Positions 12,455-24,885 of a DNA stretch of 64,000 nt are shown piece by piece. The stretch's first letter is position 1. The number at the start of each line of letters is the position of its first letter. The translations under genes and the position numbers were made by a program. This stretch comes from Octopus bimaculoides (Eukaryota). The DNA lies in NCBI RefSeq assembly GCF_001194135.2, contig NC_068982.1, forward strand, positions 123,562,690 through 123,626,689, given 5' to 3'. Under the pieces are notes generated by a model. That model saw nothing but the letters and a program-made list of their open reading frames with translations. It had not been told where the DNA came from and did no database searches.

Positions 12455-12993
12455 TAAAGCTGACCTGATAGGTAACCCTTTACTTTGACCACTGAGCAGG
12501 CAACTCTTAAATTTGATCCCTAATCTTCAGCCTAAGTTCACTGACTGCTAATCTATGCTTGCATGCATGTGTGTATGTGTCTGTATCAGGGGAACATTTT
12601 TCTCTATTCAAATATCTGTTTACAATTAATTTGTCTTATCTCTGTTGAGTGGTTGGTTACCAGCTGGCTGCCTGGTATGCTAAAATAAATAATAAACATA
12701 ATAAGATAATTTGCATTACAAAACATTTATTTCCTGTTCATGTTTTTGTGTGATAATTATAGTTTCTATGCACCATATTAATTTCATTTTAATATTCGAT
12801 GTTATTAACATTAAAGCCTCTTTCTAAAATGATACCACTGTTCCCTTTCCAATGTAGTCTGCTTAAAAACTATGTGGAAATGAATATCTTTGTGAATCTA
12901 TGAATTCTACTTTAGGATCACTTTTCAACAAAGGAGGTGTTTTGTGGTTTGTTTGGCTAACTAGAAATACCAGCTAAATCTCTAAGTCTTAAT

Positions 12994-13099
<106 letters not shown>

Positions 13100-13189
13100 G
13101 AAAATATATTGAATAATGTAGTCTTTTTTCTTTCACTTGTTAGGGTCTGGAGAAAGTGGCAACACCCATAGCCTTTGTATGCACTTCCT

Positions 13190-13400
13190 AGATTGGTGAG
13201 AGTGATGCTGGCAATGTTCCTCTTAAAGTATTATAAATCAAGACCTATAAGAAAGATACAAGCAAAGAGGGAATTCCAGAAGGCTGATGTTCTGGAAAGG
13301 AAGGACAAAACATAGCAATTAGACAAGGGAAATAAGAGGAAGAGACACAAGTGGTTTGGGAATGCCTAAGCAAAGGTGGGATGAGCCCAGCCAGCTCTGA
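13190..13400 (-). mobile_element. Degraded CR1/L2-like LINE 3' fragment
   Basis: Minus strand resembles the SFF..TS.LWNSLP..FP C-terminus. Similar debris at 29990-30170 and 36560-36800. Confidence 0.4.
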
Positions 13401-13569
13401 GGAGTAGATAATATTACTGTAGTAGAATATCTAACCATTGATGCACATTTGTGCATGAGCTTTTATCTGTTGTTTCAGTTATTGAAGTGTGGCCATGCTG
13501 GGGCACTGCTTTGGGTGGCTTAGTCGAACAAATTGTCTCAGTACTTAATTTTTTTAAAGTCTTGTACAT

Positions 13570-13733
13570 AGTCGCGGGAGTGGCTGTGTGGTAAGTAGCT
13601 TGCTTACCAACCACATGGTTCTGGGTTCAGTCCCACTGCGTGGTACCGTGGGCAAGTGTCTTCTACTGTAGCCTCGGGCCAACCAAAGCCTTGTGAGTGG
13701 ATTTGGCAGACGGAAACTGAAAGAAGCCCGTCG

Positions 13734-13769
<36 letters not shown>

Positions 13770-14013
13770 CATATACACACACATATATATATATATATAT
13801 ATGTATGTATATGTATGTGTGTGTATATGTTTGTGTGTCTGTTTGTCCCCCTAACATCGCTTGACAACCGATGCTGGTGTGTTTACGTCCCCGTAATCTA
13901 GCGGTTAGGCAAAAGAGACCGATAGAATAAGTCCTGGGGTCGATTTGCTCGACTAAAAGCGGTGCTCCGGCATGGCCGCAGTCAAATGACTGAAACAAGT
14001 AAAATAATAAAAG
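13570..14013 (+). mobile_element. SINE family A, full length
   Basis: GGAGTGGCTGTGTGGTAAGTAGCTTGCTTACC head, CORE, (TA)n and GAAACAAGTAAAA tail. Confidence 0.92.
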
Positions 14014-14124
14014 AGAGAGTCTGTTGTCTCTTCTGCTGAACCTCTTAGTTACAGGAGCATAGCCCAATCAATACTGGTTGTCAAGCAACGGTTGTGTGAC
14101 AAATAGAAACACACACACAACAGT

Positions 14125-14266
14125 TGCTCTCTACCAAATGCACTCTCAAGACATTGCCCAGCCTGGGATTATAGTAGAAGATATGTCCAAGGTGTTGTGC
14201 AGTGAAATTGAACCTGAAACCACGTGGTTACAAAACAACCTTCTTAATCACAGACACATCTGCACT
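14125..14266 (-). mobile_element. Degraded SINE A/E head
   Basis: ATAGTAGAAGATATGTCCAAGGTG...GAACCTGAAACCACGTGG matches the family A head. Confidence 0.65.
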
Positions 14267-14544
14267 TTTAACTATGACAGATTCTATTATTTTTTTCATT
14301 TTATTCATCGCTTTGTAATTTATGTCCCCATGTTGTGTTGTCGCTGTCTGTCCTTGTACCCTCCCCTCTGTATTCGGGCTTTTGTGTCTAATAAAGAAGT
14401 CAACTATGACAGATTCCTATAAAATATCCTATAAATTTCACTGACATAGGATCGTTAAACCTGAAGCTAAAGACTTACTTGCGTTACCACGCTTGGTTGT
14501 GTACCCTCGTGCATAGGCATATTCAGAGGGTTTATTTATTTTTT

Positions 14545-14868
14545 TTTATCTTTTACTTGTTTCAGTCATCGGATTGTGGCCTTGCCGGGTTTAGTCGAAC
14601 AAATCAAACCCAGTGCTTTGTTTTTTTTGCAAAGCCTACTATTCATTTTATCGTTCTCTTTTGCTGAACCGTTAGTTATGGGAACGTAAACAGAACAACA
14701 CTGTATGTCAAGCGGTGGTAGGACCCCCACCCCAACACATAACGACGAGCTTCTTTCAATTTCTGTCTATCAAATCTACTCGCAGGGCTTTGATCGAGTA
14801 CAAAGCAGTAGGACTGAACTCGGAACCATGTGGTTGGGAAGCAACTTTCTAACCACACAGCCATGCCT
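14545..14868 (-). mobile_element. SINE family A, diverged with internal deletion
   Basis: TTTTACTTGTTTCAGTCAT tail through CCACACAGCCATGCCT head. Confidence 0.8.
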
Positions 14869-16282
14869 TTGTGATCATAGTGAAAATGGGTTTAGCAAGG
14901 CAATGATTTCTAAAATAATAGTGACGGGAGAGGTGCCCTAACAGCTGGTGTGATTCCCTGTGTTTTTTCTTCTTCCCTAGTTAATGAATAATATCCTAGC
15001 AATAACAAGATTTTTATAGACCTGTAAAAAATATGTATGCATGTATGGTACACATATGGAAAATATAGAAAACATTAAAATGCTGTAAACAAGCAGAATA
15101 AAATAGTACACGTGGAAAATTCCGAGAAGGTACTAATAAAATAAAATATGTTACGTATAGTAGTAATATGTGTGGAGTCATGTAAAAACAGTAGTAAACT
15201 TTTGTTACATTGCTTTCGTTTTTGTACTTGTAATAAAGCACGTAAACATTCGTGAAGATTACATAAATCGAGTTCATGCAGTTAGTAAGATATTTAATGC
15301 TGTGAAAATTCAGTTGATGTAGTTAAGAAGTTTACTTTACAATCACGTGGTTCCTGGTTCGATCTCATTGCGCGCAAATCAGCCATAGCTTCTATTCTGA
15401 ATGAAATTCGGTTGACGGAATCTGTGCAGAAGCCCTTCGGATGGACTGAAGCTATTCTTGGGCAGTAGTCCTAAGCTGCCGCCCAGTTTAACACCACTGT
15501 CTGATCATGGGATGTTTTTGACAGAGTAAAATCAGGAGCATTTAAGCTAGATGTTTGGCCCGAAAATAACCCCCTCATTTCTCCTGCCGGTCTCGGAGGC
15601 ACTAAGTAAACCATTAAAAATGGGGCCATATTTGTTTTAAAATTAATTTATTCACATTAAAAAAAAAATTATTTGAAAATTTCAAAGGTCATTGTTTAGT
15701 GAAATAACGCCTATTACTTCAGTAAACATTTAACAAATATTCTGAAGACAATGGACATCGCTGAAGTTATATAGCCCTAGGTCAGTCTATATTAAGTAAC
15801 CATATGACTAAAGATATTCTAGCAATGACCAACCCGCCTTGATTCCATGCAGTGTGGATAGCATTACATTACCCAAAAAGTAAATTACCTTTCCCTTTTA
15901 TTTTATTCGAGGTATATTTTGCTGCTATTACTAGCACTATGGACGGTCACGTGGTGGCTCTTTCTCGTTGGTTCGACAACATTCAAGTTTTCTAGCCATG
16001 TGTAAGCGCGAAAACATACTAAGATGCTCAGTTAAAGAAAAAAAACCCTCAAAACTCGATAATATAAAAACAGAACAAGAAGACAACCCCCCCCCCCCCA
16101 GATATTTCACTTATTTATTTACATTAAATGTTAGATAACAATAACAAAGATGGAAAGATAATTAAATAGTAATTATTGCCAGCGATTGTAGTAGCGAAAG
16201 CCAAATACATGACATAAATGAATCGATTAATAAACGAAGGAGATAGTAGGGGGGGGGGAGGCATGATATGATAATGAGCTGG

Positions 16283-16404
16283 TGACGTCAGTCGGACAAT
16301 CGCGGGTTAGCAGCCAGCGTATACGTTCATGTGTTAGTTGCTGAGGTTTCTTCCTCTCCGCATACATACACACACATATATATACACACACACATATATG
16401 TGTG

Positions 16405-16447
<43 letters not shown>

Positions 16448-16614
16448 CTGACTACCATAGTGAACGCCAGATACAACAAATTCAGTTATTCTAATTCATT
16501 TATGGTCACTACTTCTCAACTTCCGAGCTATCAGGCCTCTAATTTGAAGTTATTTTTGGCGCAGTGTTGTATTTGAAATGGACCAAACTTCGTCGACCTC
16601 TCGTACAGGTGTGT
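16283..16614 (+). promoter_or_regulatory. Candidate core promoter and non-coding first exon
   Basis: Palindromic CRE (16283-16290) overlapping Inr-like TCAGTC (16288-16293), CpG-rich sequence, donor-like acag|gtgtgt at 16608/16609, then T-rich intron-like sequence. Confidence 0.3.
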
Positions 16615-17695
16615 CCAATATTAATTTGTTTTCTTTCTTGCACTGTCTATTTTTCATTGATTCTTTTATCTTTAACTCTTTTTCTTTTGCTTTTGTTTTA
16701 CTACACGCTAATTACCAAATAGTTACTTGTATTCGTCCAAACCTTTTATTCATTTAAATCACATTTTATTTTTGCGTTAATATTGTCAGTATGTTGCGCT
16801 TGATGACTTCAACAGTTAATTACCATGACACAAAGCAGTAAGCAAGCACTGTACCTTATATAATTTACTTACCATTCATCTTTTGTCCTACGCAAAGCGT
16901 GCACTGAATCGTAGTATTATTTCACTTAGGCCAACTTTTTTCCTGGCATAACATGGATATTCATCTTTTTCTAGGAACTGTTGTTTCTACATCCGTACGA
17001 TTCAAAGAGAAAGCAGCATGGCGTGAAAGATTTCCTATATCTTTAGAAAATAGGCCCTTTTAATGTAAAATCCATCATTTGGAATCAGTAAATAAAAGAA
17101 AAATGAGTAGTTATTTTTAGTATCTGTCGTTTTAGATTTATTAAAAGTATGAATGACAATCTTTCGAGATTCCATCGGATGATCCAATATCTCCAGCTGG
17201 TTGGTTATTGAATAAGTGAAATGTGATTTCTGAAGCATTTGTCGTTCACCTGCTACGTTCCATTTTAATATTTAAAATCCAATCTGGATGAGTTATAATG
17301 ATAATGTATAAAAAAAAAAATTGGGGAAAGAAAAAGGAAAAAATCTAAATATATAGTAACATTTCATTGCATATTTTTTTTCAAATTTCGACCAACGTGA
17401 TTAAAAATAATTCCATCATTGTTAAAATTTAGTCGGCCAGTAACACGTGTTAAAAAGAAAAGCGAAAAAGACCATTAAATGGCCTTTTAGCTTGGGAGCC
17501 GTGGAATAAAAATAAATTTTTTCAACGTTCTGCTACTGTCTCCTTATTTTTTAAGGGACTTTTGAGGGGGGTGCGACTGATTTACGATTTCAGTCTATTG
17601 AATGGAAGCCCCCCCCCCCCTTTTTGCATGAGGGGACGTAATTGAACGCACCCAGCTAAAATACACGTCTATGTTTATATTATATATAGTATATA

Positions 17696-17859
17696 GGTAC
17701 TACTAAAGCAGCACGGTCCCGAACGCGCAGTCGATCCTAACCCTATCCCTAACCCGCGTGTGCAAATGAATACGTGTTTAGGGTTAGGATCGACCACTCA
17801 CGACTAGCTAGCGCGGACGCGCGACTGCGCGTTCGGGACCGTGCTGCTTTAGTAGTACC
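17696..17859. mobile_element. Young MITE with GG..CC termini and 9 bp TSD (Merlin- or Mutator-like)
   Basis: Perfect 38 bp TIRs GGTACTACTAAAGCAGCACGGTCCCGAACGCGCAGTCG, TSD TAGTATATA (17687-17695, 17860-17868) and internal CCTAACCCT/AGGGTTAGG. Confidence 0.92.
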
Positions 17860-17861
17860 TA

Positions 17862-17897
<36 letters not shown>

Positions 17898-17979
17898 ATG
17901 AATCTCGAAGCACATCACATAAAGCTATAAATTATAGCATGTAAACATCGAGATGAAAATCCTTTTTGAATAAGTCGAA

Positions 17980-18040
17980 GGCTGTCCGTGAGACACGAAC
18001 CCACGATTCCTGTTGACATGACAGGGCACTTCAACCCAAT
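17980..18040 (-). pseudogene. tRNA-like remnant (tRNA pseudogene or SINE head)
   Basis: Minus strand has an anticodon-like arm CCTGT-catgtca-ACAGG and a T arm GTGGG-TTCGTGT-CTCAC. D arm and acceptor stem are not recoverable. Confidence 0.35.
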
Positions 18041-19079
18041 ATTTATAGTTGTATATGATGTGCTTCGAGATCTATTCCGAAAAAAGAATTATTTCGTGTT
18101 CTTTCAAAAGTTTATTTAAAGGCATAAGGGCGAAAAATGTAGATTTGTTTTGTGTGCTTTATCTTTGTAGGTAATATTAAACAAGTTATTTCAAATAGTC
18201 TACTCGAGAATGTTCATTATCGAATACATTCCATAGTTACCTTGAAATACCGTTAGAAAAAGCACGCTTGATTAAAAAGAAAATCAAAGAATGAGATGAG
18301 AGAATCTCAACTTGATCAATCAACTTGCTAGAAATAGCGGGCAAAAATCTCCCTTCACTAATCTTTAATGCCATTAAAAAAAAAAAAGGTAACATCTTAT
18401 AAATGTGATGGGTATTTTTCATTCTTCATGGGTCTTCTGTATCGGACCGCCGTGTTGGATTCTGGACGCTTTATCGTAAATACTTGTATTGAATTTTTTT
18501 CTTCTTGACAAAACTAAATATAGAATATTTAAAATTATTTCCAATCCTCTAAATTTTGAGAATTTAATTTGGTCATTACGGACTCTTGACCACTGAAATT
18601 TTGGAAAAAGTCGTACTGTTTTTCTATTTAAATTATATTACACATGTCCCCAATGAAGTAAGTGAATCAGAGTAAAAATCTTGGAGATGGTCGACTTGGG
18701 AGACGATTGAGAACACTAATTTGAAATACTGCACATGTAGACATACGAATTTGTTTATCTTATTTTGTTTTGAAATGTAGGTTAATAATGAAACTGTTGA
18801 TTTTCTCGAAACTTGTGTAAACAAGTGGACAGCTATCTATTTATCAGGCATGTTATTTTCGTTTCAGTCAAGTGTGCTTTTTATTAACGCGGCAGTCAGG
18901 AAGTTAGTCTCCCCACATTAAAAAAAATTCAGTTCTTTTAGTGAAAGTAAACCCCATCTTCCAGAATATTCGATTATTTAATCTTTTTAAAAAGAAAAAA
19001 AAAAAGCTTTTTTTATTTACTGCTAAAATTGTGAATTTAACTGAATCAGCGAATACTTCTAAATTTTAGGTAAAAGATG

Positions 19080-20054
19080 GGATCTAGTTCAAAACGGGGG
19101 CACCAGTTTTCATTTATGTTTTATGTAGTGTTTTTGGTACCGAAAGACTTTCAAACTTCGTATACTTATCTATTTTGTGTTATAGAACAGAAAAAAAATT
19201 TTTGTATTCGAAGTTATTTCATGTAAAAAATTGTCTTATTTCGATAATTTCAACCAATCACTGACAAGTATTCAGCTGTTTATAGTTACTCCTTTGGCAG
19301 TTTAAGCGGTGTAAAGCGTATTTAATCTCCATTACTTCTGACATTTTGCAGAGAGGCAACACACGTGTGTTCGTTTTCCTTCGTTTTATTTTTAATATAA
19401 TTTCGTTAACATCTGCCTGAACTGTATGTGTACAACATTTGCCCTAACCCTAACCCTTCTCTCAAAAACCAGGCCTTGTGCTTATAATAGAAAGGTTTAT
19501 TAGCTACTGCCAATATGCTTCAGCCATTTTTTGACAAGGAAATAATAATTTTATCACCGCCAGAATCGTTTGAGAAACGTTTGTTTACGTAGTCAGCACT
19601 TACTGTATTCGGCTGAATGGACGTCAGTCATTGGTTGAAATTACAGAAATACGACAACTTTAACATGAAATAAGTTGCAATATAATAATTTTTCTTAAGA
19701 AGACTAAGAGAAAAAGATGTTTTATGACACATTCTGATAATCTTCAAGTTTAGGGGGATAAAAAAATAAATAAAAATATTTAAGGGAAATAACTGAACGA
19801 CTTACCAGTATTATCCGTTTTCTTCTAGCTGTTTATAAATAAATCACACCCTAACCCTAACGTCAATCAAATCACGTGTGTGATTTATTTATAAACAGAG
19901 ATGTACGGAGAATACTGGTAAGACGTTCAGTTACTTCCCTTGAATATTTTTAGTTATCCCCCTAAACTTGAAGATTACCCACATTCTACCAGTGTCCCAA
20001 GTTTCAAAGAATTTCGTTAAGAAAATACTGGCGCCCCCGTTTTGAACTAGATCC
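19080..20054. mobile_element. Foldback MITE with GG..CC termini and 8 bp TSD (Merlin-like)
   Basis: 28 bp TIR GGATCTAGTTCAAAACGGGGGC(A/G)CCAGT, TSD AAAAGATG (19072-19079, 20055-20062). Arms stay imperfectly complementary for ~200 bp. Confidence 0.92.
19736..19979. mobile_element. Nested foldback MITE with 8 bp TSD
   Basis: ~110 bp arms starting G(A/G)TAATCTTCAAGTTTAGGGGGATAA, TSD CACATTCT (19728-19735, 19980-19987), loop with CCTAACCCTAAC. Confidence 0.9.
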
Positions 20055-23000
20055 AAAAGATGTATATCCAGTTCTATAATATCGTAAATAAGAAAATATT
20101 ACATTTTCCCCACCATTTCCGAAGGTTTAATAATGACTTCGCTGAGTGATACTCGACGCTTTCCTCCACGCGGACTTTTCGGTACTACTTGAGTGGACCC
20201 GACGCGCGCATCCGCGCTATAGGCCCAATGTCAGAATCGAGTAAACATTAACAGCATAATCTCAAAGCGACCTTACCAAACCGTATAATTTGGCGAATTA
20301 TTTGTTAGTAACAATATATTTGCACTGCGCTAACGAAATCTATAAGCGAATCCTTACAATTCTGTCGCTACCATTTTCTTGGAATTGGACATTGCAATAC
20401 TAAATATGTTTGTCCAACAACGACATTACACTCGCTTGATTTGATTGACCAGTTGCCGTTCTGTGGGGTTTTGATTTCTAAGAATCATCTCTCCTTGATT
20501 GTATTTCTTCTTTCCAAACAACAGTGATTCATCAATCTGAAATGCACACAAACAACGATACATCTCGAGATGGATTCATTGGTCCAATCATATTGATCAT
20601 CATAGAGTTCTGTCATAAGTCTGAACCTATCAACTCGCTCTCAACGTCAGTGTTCGCCACTATTGTTTATATTGGATCGCGTTTGTTGATCCAGCACCAC
20701 ATGTGCAGCGCTTCTACTAGAGAGTGCTTAGATTGCCCTGTTGCTTGGTGATAAAAATAAAAGCAAAGCAAACTTTGTTAGAAGAGAGAACTTTATTCTA
20801 GCAACTAGAAGTTGTATTGAGCTCTCAGCTTGGCTGCAATTTGAAATGTTATATTTCTAATTTTGAATCTTTATTTGAACGTAACCCCAAGTGTAGTCTA
20901 ACGTAATTACATAATACTTTTGTCTGATGCCAAACGTTCATATTATGGGTGATTGAAAGTTAAATAGAATCCTGCCATTTATGCTTTTAAAATAAATTTG
21001 TCTGTAGAATAGAACAAATTAAGAACTCTATCTCTGCCAAAAGTTTGATTGACCGAATATCAGCAGCTGTTTTGTTTTTTTGTCTGGCCAAGAATTCTTT
21101 TTTCAATTTAATTGGTTAAATAAAGGCAATATTTGAAATTGTTGTCATAATTTTTTTAAAATTTTTTTGAGGTAAAATATGAAAAATAAATTTTAGTCTT
21201 ATGTGCTACGGTTGTCACGAACCAACAGCGGAACCCCTACGTGGTCCTACTCTTCATTGTTAATTACATTTGATAAAATGTGTTTTTTTTTTCATTGAAT
21301 ATATTGCATAAAATAGCTTTCTTGTGATCTAAAAATTAAACACCATAATTTATTTTGTTTTGTCCCAGTATTCCAGCTGTGATTTCTTGAATGAAAAATA
21401 ATCTAGAACTACATTTAGTGATTTTTTTTTTTTAGTTAGGGTTTGACATGAGGTAAATGAGGCTGATATAATCAACAGGTTTTATTGATGACGAAGGCGC
21501 ATGTTCAATAAATGCTTTCGTCACGGAAAAGAACGAAGCCTATTCATTAATGAACATTCTTGTAATAATTTATATAAATTTAATTTTTGACATCATGGAG
21601 CCAGTGGAATTGCGACTTGCCATCTATCTCATGGGATGTCGCTGATAGATTTTTTTCGCGCCATAAGCCCATCTAAAATACTGCATTAGAGGTAGACTGT
21701 TGCTGAATGATATTAAAATTCTGACATGTCGTAATTTGGTGATGACTAATATTTTTTAACTTAGGGCAATTTGATATGTTCGCTTGGAGCGGGGCTGCTG
21801 ACAACGAAGTTTATGTCATCGTTAGCGTCTCGTCTTACAGACGACATATCAGGTGATGACGATGCTAGTGCGAGTGCATCCTGTAATGCCGTCTATATTT
21901 TGTGTTGCCATATTTTTGTAGGGATATAGTGAGATTCCCTTCAGAATTAAGGATGCTTTTTTTTTCTTTTCTCAAATTGTTGTTCATTTACTGTTGTCCT
22001 TCTGAATGAAACTTAATGTATTTTTATTTAAGATTTCTATTCCTTACGTCATAAAAAATGTGAAAGAAAAATTTAAATTATCGCAGCTGTTCTTCCATAT
22101 CCCATCTTAGGAAATGGAAGCGGGAGTAAATTTTTTTTAAAGAATTATAACAGGAATACTTGAAAAAAAAATGAGAGAAAAAAAAAAAATCGTCCCATGA
22201 GTTACGTCATTTTGAGAGGCAGCTATTCCAAAATTGTGCTTAAAAAATCTACATTTTATGTACATAAAATTGTTCATCTACATTAAAAAAAACAAAAAAA
22301 ACACCTGAAGATTGTAATGTTTTAAGTGTAGCGTGTCCCTTATGTTAAAACAAGCTGACTGACACTCAGTAAAAAAAAAAAAATCTTCCGCGACTAAACT
22401 TGTCATTAATGATTATTTAAAAAAAATTCAATTTTGAAAAGACAAAAAAATCTAATTATGTTGACGTTTATACTGGGTCATCATTTGGTTAAATTTTGGT
22501 AATGGCGTTGGGTGTTTAGAAATAAATCCGTCCTTGTAAAAATATTAGTCGTCCATTAACCACGTGTTGATAAAAACAAAACAAACTGCCAATCAACTTG
22601 ACAGCAACAATTACTTGTGAAAATACAGAATAATGTAAACTTCGTAAAATCTATTGCTTTAATTTCTAATTTAATTGTGGTGAAGACCAACATTGCATTG
22701 CTATTAGAATTAGCATTAAATGTATATATTTTATAAGCCATGGCAACCAGTCTGTAACCGCAACTCTTCATTTAAGAAGAATACTTCTGTTAATATTCCT
22801 CTTTTGCGCGCTTACAGAAAGGCACAGTAAAGCAGCAAGTAGCTAGCTATGTTCAGATTTTTATCTCGCTATCGTATATAGTAGTATACATTTCAAGTTG
22901 AAAAAATTCTTTGAAGTGTTAGCGAAAACCCAATGTAAATTTTCATCACAAAATGGATTTTTTTTTCTATTCATTGAAAACAGACGTGACAGTTGCTTCG

Positions 23001-24665
23001 TGGTAGTGGGGATTTTTTTAATGTATTAAAATGGCTCCGGGAACGAAGCATTTTTTTTTTTTTATATAATGCATGCATATTTTATGCAGAAAGAATTGCT
23101 GTCATATGCTAGTTTTGTATGCGTTTTGAACAATAGAAAAATAACTTTCGTATCGCCTCAATACGCTAGAAAGTTGGGTGATATGGGAACTTGAATTTTT
23201 ATTAGTACCATAATAATCATAGTTTTATCGACTGTTCAGTTCGATCGATCTAGTGTTCAAATCTTCAATGATCAATCGTCTTTAAAATGGATTACCACGT
23301 GGTTTCAAGTTATAAATCTAGACAGCATGCTCACGAGGAAGAGATGGCAACGAGCCAACGGAGAATCTACACGGTCGCTTAACCAGCTAGATATAACAGT
23401 AAAATTAGTTGTATCACATCTACCTTAACAGTGAAAGAATAGATTGGACAATGTAGACTTCGCAATGTGAACAGATAGGATGGTCTCGGTTGGAATATCT
23501 TTGATTATATAAGCCTGTTCGATGAGGCTTAAATGATAGGCTACAGCTAGGATAATGTTTAATCATTTTCCAGTACGTTACGCATCCATATAATGGCTGT
23601 TTCACAGCTCCCTTCATAGTATATGCCTGTTCAAGTACAGCCTTACCCACGCTTGGTATAATAATAGAAGTACTCTTACGGCAAAGAAGGGCTGGTTTAA
23701 TTGGTTTTGTAAGGTTATGTAAATAACTTAAAACAGCTTATCAAAGCACTGAAACTATTTTATTAGATCCCCTCTTCCATCACTCTTCACCATTCTAGTA
23801 ATCCATCTTAAGTCTAAATTATTTTTGTAACACTTGACATAGCAGAGTGTTTTGCTGCACTTATAGAGTACTTTCTCTGTGACTTAACCAATTTAATCTG
23901 TTAGAATTACTGATGTCTTTGTGAAAGATTAATTCAGTTAAAAGATTTTGATTGGGCTACCATTGTGACTATTTTAGGTATAATTTTACTGGATTTTGAG
24001 ATACTAAAACTTTTCTTTATTAAAGATGCTTCTAGTGTTCCATTTCTTTATTTCATGTCATGTTAAGCGACTGTTCTTATGTTAAAAGGCCTCTTATAGT
24101 ACTGTAGGTCTGCTTTGCTTGTTACTTTGAATTAAGAAGGGTTTCTAGTTTTATTTATACTTTTTTCATGGGAGAAGGCAATGCCTATAACCCTCTCGAC
24201 AGGTGGGAAAGAGGACTATCCTTAAACTGGAAACCTATCTTGAATGCTTGCAACAGATGGGAGTTCCACTAAGGGCATCCAAGTTGCCAGGCAATGTTGT
24301 GTCACTGATCCATGGATTAAGTTGACAACTAAAATACGTCATGGTGATAAAATTTAAATTTAGAACACTAACAGTCCAAGCAAATAGCAAGTACAAGGCA
24401 TTTGGTTCAACATTGTCAGCATTATACCAATTCACCATCTAGAGTTTGTTAGTTCATGATGTACCCTCTTGTCTGTTGGGTTGTTACGAACTTGACATGT
24501 ATATTCTATTGTGATGGCATATGGTGATTGAATTTGCAATATATAGTCAATTTCCAATCATCACAACCCTGCTATACCTCTTTAGTCAGATCTTTCCTCA
24601 GTACTTGTCTAAGTTTTTGGTCTATTCCAACATTAGGAGCCTTTGCCAACATACAACTCTTTTTT

Positions 24666-24714
<49 letters not shown>

Positions 24715-24851
24715 NNNNNNNNNNTACCCGCTCCCATTGATTGCACCTAGTATAGCACTAGTGTAGCAATAATTGGGTACCCTCCCAGCAGTATACTGGA
24801 TAGATACTATCCCTTAGTGGGTTGTACCCCCAACCCTTAACTCTCTCACGT

Positions 24852-24885
<34 letters not shown>

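Larger units (their letters stand above)
14900..23700. promoter_or_regulatory. CpG-rich domain, probable unmethylated promoter/5' regulatory region
   Basis: About 20 CpG in 20161-20460 versus 2 in intronic 35041-35340. Contains CRE TGACGTCA at 16283 and several CACGTG boxes. The IVNS1ABP ATG exon has an acceptor, so non-coding exon(s) must lie upstream. Confidence 0.55.

Noticed and set aside
18237-18422. 61 aa minus-strand ORF ending at a donor-like site
   Set aside because: No recognisable homology, and the next candidate exon (17040-16872) has stops in all three frames; not called as CDS.
19442-19861. Interstitial telomere marking a chromosome fusion
   Set aside because: Only 2-3 repeat units, all inside TSD-bounded MITEs.
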